DNA of 64,000 bases from Adineta vaga. Taxonomy: Eukaryota > Animalia > Rotifera. The translations under genes and the position numbers were made by a program. Of the stretch, positions 1-12,123 are shown in pieces. Positions within the stretch are counted from its first letter, which is position 1. Every line of letters begins with the position of its first letter. The DNA is taken from the NCBI GenBank assembly GCA_021613535.1, contig CP075493.1, forward strand, positions 15,252,001 through 15,316,000. Direction: 5' to 3'. The notes beneath the pieces are model-generated. The model was not told the DNA's origin. It was given only the letters and a program-made list of their open reading frames with translations, and ran no database searches.

Positions 1-1134
1 TTCCTTGATTAACTCGACCGATTGTTGATATTCCATTTGAATTGATTGCATTTAAATAATTTGGTCCAGAATCAAGTAAACCCAAAGCAGAATCAAATGG
101 AAAGTAACAAAAAAGTATTGCATTTAAATAAATTTCACATGGACTTTTAACTCGATAACTTATTGAAAAGTGATCAATATAACCTGAATAATAAGAATAT
201 ACTGGTCCACTTCCATCGATATTTGCACCACCAATAGTAAATGGTCCAGATGTTCCAACAAAATCATTTTCAATTGTTACACCATTATCTAATATACCAT
301 TTAAATAAATCAATTGTTGTTTTATTGTTGAATCATACACAAATGTTGCATGATACCATTGATTTGCTGATAAACTTGTTGTTCCAATCAAATCGTCACT
401 ATAAAATCCTATATAAAGATATCGATCACGAATATCAAGAAATAAACATTGGTAATTTTCTGATGCATGTCGTTCACCAGCGAAACTATAAGACACATTA
501 TCCATCATCTCAGGTGCATAAAACCAAAAATCAATTGTAAATGAACGTGAATCTAATGGAATATGTGTTGATTGAAGATATTGTTGATTATTGTACGAAA
601 AGTCAACAGCTAAGCCAATCCATCCTTGAACATAATTTGGTGTAAAATTTGCATTCATTGAATAATTACCAATACTATCTAATGTATTATTATCAAATGA
701 ATAAAATGCAACATGATATGATGTTGATATTGCTGTATTAATACATGTAGTTTCACCATGTACATTTGTTGTTGCTAAAATATTTTTAAAGAATTAAAAA
801 ATAGTAGTAATGAAATATCTTTACTTGAAATTGTGCGATTTGATAAAATCATAACAATAGAATCAAATACATATGGAACTAATTGTAAATTTTCAATTTG
901 AATTTGTGAAGAAAATAATGAACATGATTGATTGATTCCAAGATAATTTAATGTTTTACAATTTTCATTGGCAAAACAACGACAAATACATTCATTTCGA
1001 GATTGAACAGTAAATGTATTGATTAGATAAGAATTTGTATTTGAAATCAATTGACCATTTTCATATTTCATAAGTGATATGGTTGAAACAAACGAATAAA
1101 GTTCGAATAGAATAAGAATCCATTGAAATAACAT
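1..1134 (-). CDS. Secreted PAN/apple + LamG (concanavalin A-like) domain protein, 3' end runs off the window start
   Basis: Exon 1 has a signal peptide and a PAN-type Cys pattern (CICRCFANENCKTLNY...CSLF). An intron lies at about 775-824. Exon 2 reads VAFYSFDNN...FTIDFWFY...NQWYHATFVYD...IYLNG...GYIDHF, typical of LamG, and stays open to base 1. Confidence 0.75.
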
Positions 1135-1595
1135 TTTCGAATCGTAGTTGTGCAGCTGTTGTTTTTGAGAGAAAAAAAAAAGAAAAATGTTTTTTTATAA
1201 CACTTATAATTTGAAGAAAAGTTATATGAAAAAAAAGTACATTGTTAACTATATATATGAAGTAAATGACTTTGTTAAACATTCATTAGTATAGAGGAAG
1301 TGCAAGCATGTGTGAAATTATTATTGAAGTTTTATTAAAAAAATATAGTAAGAATATATTTAAAATGAAAACCGGAGAGGTTGCATAATTTCTGGATATT
1401 ATGTATTCTTTTGGTGAGAATTTAATAAAACAATTCATTTTCTTTTTCAATCAGAAACATTATTTTGATTCTAAATGTTGTTCAAAGATTTGGCACATTC
1501 TTAAAAGTAGTTATTAAAAATGTTTTCAAATCAGGAGTTTTCAAGCTGCATTTTAAATGATACGTCTTAGTGATCATTTTGAAGAGAGAACACTC

Positions 1596-1652
1596 TCTTG
1601 AGGATGTGGATATGACATCAATATATAATATCCTCACCCATACCCTCAAGAT
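1596..1652. repeat. Telomere-like head-to-head palindrome
   Basis: TCTTGAGGATGTGGATATGA...TCACCCATACCCTCAAGAT. Confidence 0.85.
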
Positions 1653-2020
1653 CCATATGTAGTTCTCTCTTTTCAATTACAGTATCGTTTTTCTGTTAGT
1701 TTTCTCAGTTGACTAAACAATAATATTTGTGTAAAAAGTTCCGATCAATAGTGTAAGTTAAAACAGAGTTGTTGTGCTACAGTATAGAATAACACATAGA
1801 TTTCTCGAAAAAAGTACAATTAATTTTAAAATGAACAAAAAACAAATGTTTATTTTTTGCCGTTGATTGATTTTCTCTTATTCCGTTTCCGAAAAAAGAC
1901 TAACATCATTTATATTTAATAAGATGTCTAATAAAGTTCGAAACTTCTCTTCATAAAACCTACTCGTTTTAACTTGATTCTTTTTCATTATCATATTGAG
2001 CGACATAAGTAAGGAAAAAA

Positions 2021-5000
2021 ATGTATATTGCGATTTATTCAAACTTATGGCTAATTATCATACTGTTCATCACTGAAACATTAGGTAAATAGTTGACTAG
2101 CTTTTTTTTGAATTGTACACAATGAGGATGTAAATGAATCGAAAAAAATTACTCTAAATCTTGCACTCTGTATATTAATCTTTTTATTTAGAACTTTCGT
2201 ATAATCGACCAAAGTTTTGTCTCAATGCAACGTGGAATCCAAATGCTACGACTTTCGCAGATAACAACACGATTGGATTACATCCATACGATATTTTTAT
2301 CAATACTGCCAATGAAATCTATGTGCCAAGTTACACGTATAATACGATTATCATATGGACTGGAGGAAATCATGTTCCAACAAAAAATATTTCTGGAAAT
2401 ATCACGAACCCATACAGTATTTTCATTACAAGAGCAGGTGAGATTTATGTTGATAGTTCCAATTCAACAGGTAGAGTTGATAAATTGACATTAATCTCAA
2501 CAAATGGTATACCTGTCATGTATACATGTAAGAAATGTACAAATATTTTTATTGACAATAATGATAACCTGTATTGTTCGATGATTGATCGCCATCAGGT
2601 TATAAGCAAATCATTAGATACCTTTTCGAATATATTGACTATTGTTGCTGGTACTGGTACTGCAGGAAATACTTCAAATATGTTGAATAATCCGAATGGA
2701 ATCTTTGTTAATATCAATTTTGATTTATATGTGGCCGATAGTTCAAATAACCGAATTCAACTCTTTCGACAAGGACAATTAGATGGGATTACTGTTGCAG
2801 GAATTGGATCACAAAATGTAACATTTACACTCAACTTTCCAACTAAAATCCTGCTTGACGCAGATAATTATATGTATATTGTGGATGGCCGAAATCATCG
2901 TATAATCGGTGAAGGAGCAAACGGTTTTTACTGTTTAGTAGGATGCTCTAATATAGGGGGTTCAGCATCGGATCAATTAAACAATCCATCGAGTCTTAGT
3001 TTTGATATTTATGGAAACATGTTTGTCGTTGATACTTTTAATAATAGAATTCAAATGTTTAACTTAACATCAAGTTTATGTAGTAAGTGTATTTTCAAAG
3101 AAGTTCTACCGCAATTTCCCTTTCACTTTTCATCAATAATATTTAGATAGAAGTGTAACATCAACGATGAGTACATTAAGTAGATATTTAAAATATTCTT
3201 TGTAAAATGAATGAATTTTTTTAGTAACAACATCAATAATTCAATCAATCAATTCAACAATATCTTTAGCGATGTTCATAGGTGTGTCATACAATCAACC
3301 AAAATTCAGTGCTAATGCAACATGGAATGCCAATGCAACTACGTTTGCTAATAACAATACAGTTGGATCAATGCCTTATTCTATTTATATCACTACTGAT
3401 AATACAATTTATATTCCCGATCAAACAAATAATAAACTTCAGATATGGTCGAATGGAAGTAGTTATCCAACACAAACGATTGATCGAAATTTCTCATCAA
3501 CAATGTCTATTTTTGTAACAAATAATCATGAAATTTATTATGGTACATTCGATCGAATTATTAAATGGACATTCAACTCAAATATTAGTATTCCAGTAAT
3601 GTATACTGATGCTACATGCTATAGTTTGTTTATGGATATCAATGGTACTCTTTATTGCTCCTTATTTACTCAGTATAAAGTTATTGCACAATCATTGTAC
3701 AGTAATTCGAGCATAACAAAAATTGTTGCTGGAACAGGGTGTTCGGGATCCACACAAAATACACTTAATAATCCTTATGGAATCTTTGTTGATAATACTT
3801 TCGATTTATACATAGCAGATGCAGGTAATAGTCGAATTCAACTCTTTCGCCAAGGACAATTAAGTGGAATAACTGCTGCAGGAAGTAAATCTCAAAATGT
3901 CACAATTACACTCACCTTTCCAACTGGAATAACTATCGATGGTAATCATTATATGTTTATTGTGGATACTTTCAACAATCGTATTGTTGGTCAAGGACCA
4001 TATGGTTTTCGATGCCTAGTTGGATGTTCAAAAATTAGTGGTTCAACGCCTGGCAAACTATCAGCTCCACAAATGTTTAGTTTTGATAGTTATGGAAATA
4101 TGTTTGTTGTAGATACTTCTAATAATCGAATTCAAAAATTTACTTTATTACCGAATTCTACCGATGTTATATATACAACAACAGAATTAACTTCAACAAA
4201 TTCGTTAACTAAACAAACATCTGCAGAACAAATAACAACTTCAGAAACATCAATGAATGTAACTTGTTTATTACCAACAGTGAAAATTTTACCTCGTTCA
4301 TCAACGTTCTCATCACCAATTCAATTTTATCGAAGTGAGGATATTTCCATTGTATCAATTATTAACTTTAATTGTGATCAATCATTATCAATCAATAATC
4401 AATGGATAATCAAGAAATGTAATTCTACATGTACATATCAAATGCAATTGGATTCAATCATTGACACAAGATTTAGTGAATTATATATTCCAAAACAAAC
4501 TTTTCCCTATGGTTTATATGAATTAAATTTAACTGTAATAATGATGAATATATCTGCATCATCGTTCATTGTTTATATTGAAATTATTCCATCAGATATT
4601 AAAGTAAATTTGATGAAATATAGAACATCAATGATTACTCGAGGATATCAACAAGATATCGAATTCAATCCTGGACAATATTCAATTGATCCCAATGAAA
4701 AAATGTTTAATGGTTCGGTAAGTTTTATTAGAAAATGAAGATTTATTATTGAAATTTTTTGAAATTGAATAGAATTGGAAATATAAATATTATTGTCGAA
4801 TTTATGGTTTATATGAATATCCAAATATAAATAATTCATTATTAACAATTGATGATTTAAGAAATGATTCATCAAATCCATCATGTTTATTAAATCGAAG
4901 AGGATTTCAATTTAATAATTCAATTCAATCATCATTAACAATTCTTTCTTTTTCTCTTCAATCAAATCGAACATATCAATTTATGGTTCAAATGACAAAT

Positions 5001-7860
5001 ATTCTAAATTCTTCTCTTCAAAATACAGGTTATCTACTTGTTAAAGTTGTCGATACTTCATTACAAACAATCTTCATTGGGTAAATTCTTTTCTCTAACG
5101 TCTCAATGAATAAATTATAAATTTTAGTTGTGTCATTGAAGCAATGTGTGTATCGAATAGTAATGAATTTCAACTTTTAAATCCAACAACTCAACTTGCT
5201 TTATTTTCCATCTGTGTTGAAAACTGTAACACAATAACAAATGAAAATATAACATGGAATGTTTATTATGGACAAATGAAGTCATCTTCAAAGAATATAA
5301 CTCAATGGACTTTATTTAATCAAACAAACAGTTGGTTTTTTGGTATAATAAATCACTTTTTTCTCTTCTATTGAAGCACATTGAATTTATTTAAGGTATG
5401 AATACAAGTAATATTACTGTTACAAATCAATTATTTCTCTCAAATCCACAAATAATTCTTTGGAAATTTGAAGTTATTTATAAATTTTCATCAGAAATAA
5501 GTTCAAGTTCGATAAATTTTCATCTCAATCAACCACCATCAAATGGTTCATGTTCAATTAATCCTTCTAATGGAACAATAAATGATTTGTTTACCATCAT
5601 GTGTCAGGATTGGTTTGATGAAAATGGAATTAAAGATTATATTCTCTACGGTATAAGTTGTTATACATTTCTTCTTCTATCAAAAAGAACTAAAATTTTC
5701 TTTTGAAAACAGGTTGGACAAATGATTCAACAAAGAAAATGATCATTGCCTATTCTTCCATATCAACATATCAAGTTCGATTACCTATAGGAGATAATCA
5801 AACATCTTTACTTCATTTAATTGTTCAAATTCGTGATCAATTAGATTGTATTATTGAATTGAATATTTCATCGGTTACTGTTCGACGAGATACAATAACG
5901 ATAAGTAATTTAATTAATGATATTCTTAATTCAACAACATCCATAATAAATCCTATAATTCAATTACTTAAAACTGAAAATCAAAATATAGTTGGACAAA
6001 TTTTAACATCACTTTCACAACAATTGAATGACATCAACGATGAAAATATTGATCAAGCTATTCTCAGTAATTGTGTTCATATGAATTGAAAATGATCATA
6101 ATTTATTCTTTTATAGATGGAATTCCAGCTCTAAGTATTTCTATCTCATCATTGGATGTACAAAATAAACAACAGATTCTTTCATTGAATCAATCAGCAT
6201 TAATAGAATATGAAAAAGTATTGAATTCTCATGCAATTCTTCGTGATTATCTAATGACATTTATTACTAAACTTCCAATAACAACATTAAATAGTATTAA
6301 ATTACAATCATCTTGTTTATCTCAATTAACAAAAGCAACGAATGAATTAACAAGATCAACTTTAGTAAGATCTCTATTTTCATTTCGATTGAAATGCAAT
6401 TTTTGTTATGTAGACAATTGCATCAAATCGATGCTATCAATTAGCGTTGGCTTTATATTCAATGAGAACACAAATTTCATATCAAGATATTCAATCAGTA
6501 TCAATTGATCTTATTCAATGTGCTTCGAATCTTCTAAGTGTAAGATAATCGTTTCTAACTTGTTCATCATCATCATCATTTCCCTTTGAATGAAATATCT
6601 ATTTAGGCTGTAAATGGACCATTACAACAACGAACAATGATCTTAGATTTGGATTCATTACGTGCTAATGCATTTCCTCAGGATTATGATACAGATCTTG
6701 AATCCGTTTGGTCAAATCCAAGTATTAAGATTTCATTTTATATCTTTATTGATCAAATTATAGAGACTATTTTTTAGATTTATTTTCTGATGGAAATGAT
6801 TTTTCAAGGGAAACTATAGAAAAGAATCGAAATCTTTATTATCAAAAACAAATCTCAAATGAAATTCTCAATCAAATCAATAAACTTATTTCATTAATAA
6901 CTTCATCATTAAATGTTCATTTAAATATTGGACAAGATTTTCTCATTGATCAATCACAAGTGTTCATGTCTCTACAAATGAAATCGATTGAAACATTTTC
7001 AAATTCATATACAAAACAAATTGGAAATGGTCAAATTCAACTTCCTCATAATTTCACTTCTTTTATTCCCGATATCAATGAAAAAATCTCTATTCGAGTA
7101 AATAATTTTCAATGAAGATAGAGACGATGAGATGAATTTTCCATTTTAGTCAATAATGGAACCATTAGCACCATTTGGTAATTCATTATTATCATCAAAT
7201 ACAAATCTTTCTCGATTAATTTCATTTTCTCTTCTTGATCAAAATCAAAATGAACTTTTCATAGAAACGAATGAGAACCAATCGATTGAAATCATCATTC
7301 CTCGTGATCCTAATCTTATTATTCCCTCAATGATCTCACAAAATGTTACTTCAATGAATTCAATACATCATAATCTTCTCTTTCATTATCATTATCTCAA
7401 TATCACATCAACTCATCCAATTTCGATTCATTGGCAAATTGAACCATTGAACATCAGTGTTGCTTACTTATTTATTTATAAATTTGATCAAATTCCACAA
7501 TTAAATAGTTCAATCAATGAAATTGATGGATGGACACTTTTTTGTCCATTTGATTTAACAAATGAAAGTATTTATCAATATTTTATTGATAATCAACATA
7601 CGGTAGATCATCAATCTATTATATTTGGTTTACGAGAATTGAATTCAACAGAAATCAATCGAGTGTGTGTAAATTCATCAACAAAATATCTTCCAATCAC
7701 CAATCAACGTTTTAATTTTACATCAAATTATCAAATGAGAATTTATACATCAGGTTGTTATTATCTTGATAAAATGAATCAATGGAAATCTGATGGATTA
7801 ATTGTTGGTTCATTAACAAATCTGTATCAAACTCAATGTTATTCAAATCATTTAAAATAG
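2021..7860 (+). CDS. Multi-exon secreted protein with two NHL beta-propellers, REJ (PKD1-like) and GAIN/GPS regions
   Basis: Signal-peptide exon 2021-2084 (MYIAIYSNLWLIIILFITETL), acceptor at 2191. NHL repeats (LNNPNGIFV..DLYVADSSNNRIQLF) occur in ORFs 2323-3150 and 3272-4738. REJ-like exons follow (NQPPSNGSCSINP, IVQIRDQLDC). The last exon is YTSGCYYLD..QWKSDGL..TQCYSNHLK-stop. Exon boundaries are only partly resolved. Confidence 0.8.
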
Positions 7861-7881
7861 TTTGAGAGTGAGTGTAGGTGA
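7861..7881 (+). repeat. Degenerate G-rich half of the telomere-like element
   Basis: TTTGAGAGTGAGTGTAGGTG begins immediately after the stop codon at 7860. Confidence 0.5.
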
Positions 7882-8109
7882 ATCTCGTTCATTGTAATTA
7901 TCGTTTTTTTGACAACACAATAAAGAAAAAAACTCTTAGATAACATATTCTTATAGACAAACGAAAGAGAGTGTTGTCGACGTTATCTACAAAAATTTAT
8001 TTGTTATTCTTTAAATTTTTTATCAGTTCTTCACATGTTTTTATCAAACATATTCACAGAGTCAATTTTAAAAAGGCTATAAATGAGAACTAGAAAGATC
8101 TTTATTGCA

Positions 8110-8175
8110 TTAGGGTGTGGGTGTGGGTGAGGGTGTGCATAAAGATGCTATATCCACATCCTCACACACTCTCAA
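8110..8175. repeat. Telomere-like head-to-head palindrome
   Basis: TTAGGGTGTGGGTGTGGGTGAGGGTGTG...TATCCACATCCTCACACACTCTCAA. Confidence 0.85.
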
Positions 8176-8205
8176 TCTCTAATTCATTTTAGATAACAAG
8201 TTACA

Positions 8206-10992
8206 ATGAATAAACTGACAAAAGTTCATATGCAAGATTTTTCTTTCCACGTTAATAATATTAGTGAACAAGCCTGTCGAAAACCTGTGGACAAGATCGT
8301 TTCTATTAGTGGTCTTTCTGGTTCAGATGGGTGTTCTGGCAAACCTGGATCGAACGGCATTTCTGGGAGAAGTAGTTCACACTTTAGCAAAGCTGGTGGT
8401 AATGGTGGCAGGGGTGCGAATGGATCAAATGGACAGTCAGGTAAATCTGGCACAAATTCTCACCATGCATTGATCCAATTAGATGGATCAGTTGAAAAAT
8501 TAAAGATGCAAGTAAAAAAATTTAAAACATTAGATACTTTTTTAAGGTGTTCTGCTGATGTCGACTGGAATCTTGGTAATCTCTCTGAAGATGATGAGTA
8601 TAGTTTTCAATTACGAGAATCAAAGAAAATCATCTTGGTGAAAGCTGTAGGAGGCGATGGAGGAACTGGAGGACAAGGAGGTGATGGAGGTAGAGGGGGC
8701 AATGGTGGGCATGGTGGTCCCGGTCGTAATGGAAAGAGGGGACAAGATATTCACAGTGAAGATAATTCTGCTGACAGTGGAAGCAATGGTGAAGACGGGG
8801 CACCTGGCGGTAATGGAGGCAATGGTGGAAGCGGTGGAAATGGAGGGAATGGCGGAGATGCAGGTGCTGGTGGTCATATTCAAGTTCGAAGCATAGATCC
8901 TAGATTATTTATGTTGATTGAAGTAGATTGTCAGGCAGGATTGCCAGGCAAAGGGGGTGAGGGTGGAAAAAGTGGTTCTAGTGGTACAGGTGGTGTAGGT
9001 GGAACAGGGGGTCGTGGTGGTAGAGGTGGTCAAAACTCGGCGCATAGCTTTAGTGCTTATGATGGTTCTTCTGGTGCTCAAGGTTCTAACGGAACGGATG
9101 GATCTGATGGTAAATCAGGCAAAGATGGTTTAGCTGGTGACGACGGTCGCATTGCAAATCATGGTTCAATTCAATACATTGTAATGAATATGAATGGCAA
9201 TGTTGCCGAGAAAGGATCAAATAAATATCACGCTACTGTTATTGATTATATTATAGTTGATGAAAATAAGGACAGTATTTATGAACCAAACTCGGATTTT
9301 TTTATTACAAATGTCAAATGGACAAATGATGGTTCAATAACTTTGCCTAGTGGATCTATATTATCATTTTCATCTACGAAATACATTTCTAATGACGTGG
9401 ATGACATTAGTTTATTGACACAGACTACCGTTAATCAAACATTTCTTAACTCTCACGAATTTCGATGCCATCTAAATGCGGTATCCATACCCACAATTAA
9501 TCGACCGTACATTCAGCCCGTAACAATAACATCAGAAATTAATCTATTCAATCGTTTACTTCCAGAAAGTCAATTTTCAACTACTTTCCTATGTCAATAT
9601 CCAATTCAAATTTCAAACATTGAAATTCCATCTTTTCTAGGCGTTGATGAACGAGGTATTATAACAATAACTTTTACTAATATTTCTACACGACCATATG
9701 GTACATGTCCAGATTCAGTTGGTTCAATAGAATTTATATTCTCAGTTCATCCTTTAATCAAAATCTTACCTCTGAACGAAAAATTTCTTTATCAAGTAAA
9801 GCGCGATGGAAACGGTTACTATAAAATCAATGAAAGAATTACATCTAAATCAACAAACTATATTAGTTTTGAATTTAGTTTAAATACCGATGCCGCTGAT
9901 CAACTTTATCAGAATTTACCTTGGAATGTTGTCTTATTGTTACGTAATATACCCATCCAAATGCATGAAAATAATATTCAAGTTGCACCATCATTTAGAC
10001 CAAATATACATACTGATGTTCTTCTAGTTACAAGTTCACAACTTACTCGAGCTGAATTTCTCATCTATATGAATTTATTTCGATTGTTTAATTATTCTAG
10101 TCAAATGTGGGATACGCAACGATACGGAGCATTTCATCATCCAGAAGTAAATTGGTTGAATACAACGAATTTGATTATTTTTCTTCATTCGAGTTCTCAA
10201 TTGACATTCAATGCAATAAATTCCCAATTACTTTTACAACATATGAATTCATCAGAGAATGCTGGTTTTATTTGTATGGATGCTCCTGAGTTGCATCCTT
10301 TTGATTTCATTGACATTATTTACGATGAAAAATATATATATAAATCCAATGTAAACGCTCATGTCCGTAACCGATTAATCATGATTCCAAGAGATAAACG
10401 TTTGCTAGCCAATGAGCACGTACCATTCATAATAACAAATGAGATCGACTTGAACTCACGATTTGGTAGATTAATAAGTGCTATATTGTTGTATCAAGGA
10501 TTTGAGAAATCATATAGAATTATCAACGAAAAATGGCAATTAGCAAATTGTATATTCATTTCAGATTCGATTCACTTGAATTTTAATCAAATATTAGTTA
10601 GTCTTGCTATGTCAATTATTCAATGTGAATATGATCGACACAGTCGGGAATTTCTATTATCAAAACGTTTGATAATGGAAATCACGAGGATCACTAAAAA
10701 CAGAAATAATACTACGAATGATGATTGGTTTTATTTATTGATTCAGTCGTTATACGAATATATTGACAGTAAATTTTGGAAATCTTTTCCTTGGTGTGGT
10801 TATACAAAGAAACCAAAGCAACGACATAAATTGCAGAAAATCATAAATAATTTATGTTCATTGTCAACAGTTAAAGTTCAGAAAAACAAAGAAATTTATC
10901 ATGAAGTACGACTTTTAAGACTACAAAGATTAGCGAAGTTACAGTTTTCAACAGCAGATGCGAAAGAAAATCGTACTCGATCGAAAAGATAA
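8206..10992 (+). CDS. 928-aa uncharacterised protein with Gly-rich GGxGGx repeats followed by beta-sandwich-like and alpha/beta regions
   Basis: Intronless ORF. GGNGGNGG blocks are interrupted by short globular linkers, then the motifs IVDENKDSIYEP and DVLLVT...WDTQRYG, which I recall from uncharacterised fungal/protist proteins (not verified). Confidence 0.7.
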   Translation: MNKLTKVHMQDFSFHVNNISEQACRKPVDKIVSISGLSGSDGCSGKPGSNGISGRSSSHFSKAGGNGGRGANGSNGQSGKSGTNSHHALIQLDGSVEKLKMQVKKFKTLDTFLRCSADVDWNLGNLSEDDEYSFQLRESKKIILVKAVGGDGGTGGQGGDGGRGGNGGHGGPGRNGKRGQDIHSEDNSADSGSNGEDGAPGGNGGNGGSGGNGGNGGDAGAGGHIQVRSIDPRLFMLIEVDCQAGLPGKGGEGGKSGSSGTGGVGGTGGRGGRGGQNSAHSFSAYDGSSGAQGSNGTDGSDGKSGKDGLAGDDGRIANHGSIQYIVMNMNGNVAEKGSNKYHATVIDYIIVDENKDSIYEPNSDFFITNVKWTNDGSITLPSGSILSFSSTKYISNDVDDISLLTQTTVNQTFLNSHEFRCHLNAVSIPTINRPYIQPVTITSEINLFNRLLPESQFSTTFLCQYPIQISNIEIPSFLGVDERGIITITFTNISTRPYGTCPDSVGSIEFIFSVHPLIKILPLNEKFLYQVKRDGNGYYKINERITSKSTNYISFEFSLNTDAADQLYQNLPWNVVLLLRNIPIQMHENNIQVAPSFRPNIHTDVLLVTSSQLTRAEFLIYMNLFRLFNYSSQMWDTQRYGAFHHPEVNWLNTTNLIIFLHSSSQLTFNAINSQLLLQHMNSSENAGFICMDAPELHPFDFIDIIYDEKYIYKSNVNAHVRNRLIMIPRDKRLLANEHVPFIITNEIDLNSRFGRLISAILLYQGFEKSYRIINEKWQLANCIFISDSIHLNFNQILVSLAMSIIQCEYDRHSREFLLSKRLIMEITRITKNRNNTTNDDWFYLLIQSLYEYIDSKFWKSFPWCGYTKKPKQRHKLQKIINNLCSLSTVKVQKNKEIYHEVRLLRLQRLAKLQFSTADAKENRTRSKR

Positions 10993-11447
10993 ATTCGAGC
11001 GTGAAAAGAAGAATAATAAAAGATGGACATACAGTCATCAACCGACTTGAAAAATATTCAAAAATTCAGGAACTTAAGATAGTTCATTTTTTTGTGTCAA
11101 AAATGTTTTCTATTTCAGTAAATACTAATAATCTATTTGAATATTTTTTGGAGTATGTGATGTCAGTTAAAACGCTGAGAAGACGATGCTGGATGTAGAT
11201 GAGAGTAAGCATGAATAGGGTATGGAATAAGTGTTCACTAATTCGATATTCAACTACACTTTTAATCCTCTCTAAGCAAATGTTGGCATTTGGTAACATC
11301 CAGTCATGACGATATAAATCAGTTGAAACAAAACATATTTTTTCTTCGACTTAGCCCAACGAGTTATTGTTAGGCTTGATCCAGAATGGAATGACTAGCA
11401 TTTTCCCAGAATCAGTCCCGGATAAAAGTCCATCCTTGTGAACGCTT

Positions 11448-11557
11448 TTTCAGGACCAATTCTGTAACTCACAATTACAAGCTGATATTAGTTATTCCGC
11501 TATTAACTGTAAGTTATCGCTTTCACGAATTTGAGAGTCCCAGAATTGGTCCCGAAA
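11448..11557. repeat. About 110-bp inverted repeat (MITE-like hairpin)
   Basis: TTTCAGGACCAATTCTGTAACTCACAATT pairs with AATTTGAGAGTCCCAGAATTGGTCCCGAAA. Confidence 0.6.
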
Positions 11558-11840
11558 TAATATCGCAATAATTCAAAACCTACTATATTTCAACAAAGAA
11601 GCTTTTCGAGACATGAAGAGTTTCAAGAATTTTACAGAATTTTGTAACGATCTAAATAAGGACATTATGAGGTGCTGTAAATATTTCCATAATCTCACAA
11701 AATTGGTGAGCTTCTTTTAAGAAAGCTAGTAAACTTTGAACTATTTTGATATTTCTTTTTCTGATAGAAAAAGTTATAGGCTCGATAGAATTCGTTAAAG
11801 TTTGTTTATCTAAGCCAATCAGATTGCAGCAAAATCTTAC

Positions 11841-11910
11841 CTTGAGGGCGTGGGTTAAGAGCATATCCTCATGTACACCAACACTCTCACGCCTACCTCC
11901 ACCTTCAAGA
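11841..11910. repeat. Telomere-like head-to-head palindrome (decayed)
   Basis: CTTGAGGGCGTGGGTT...CACTCTCACGCCTACCTCCACCTTCAAGA. Confidence 0.75.
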
Positions 11911-12123
11911 TGTATTCATGATATAAATTCACTGCAATCCTTAGAAAAAAAACAAACGTGTAATATTTCTGTTGTTTTGAATCGATTATAACATCGATGA
12001 GTCATGTTTTCTTTTCGGTCTTGATAATGTAGTACGTGTCGATGATGGCACTATTTCTCAGTCTCAAACAAAGAAAACATCATGAAGAAAGAGAAGATTT
12101 GTAAATATACATCAAGATATAGC

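Noticed and set aside
8226-8896. Short overlapping ORFs within the Gly-rich gene
   Set aside because: They are alternative-frame shadows of GC-richer repetitive coding sequence.
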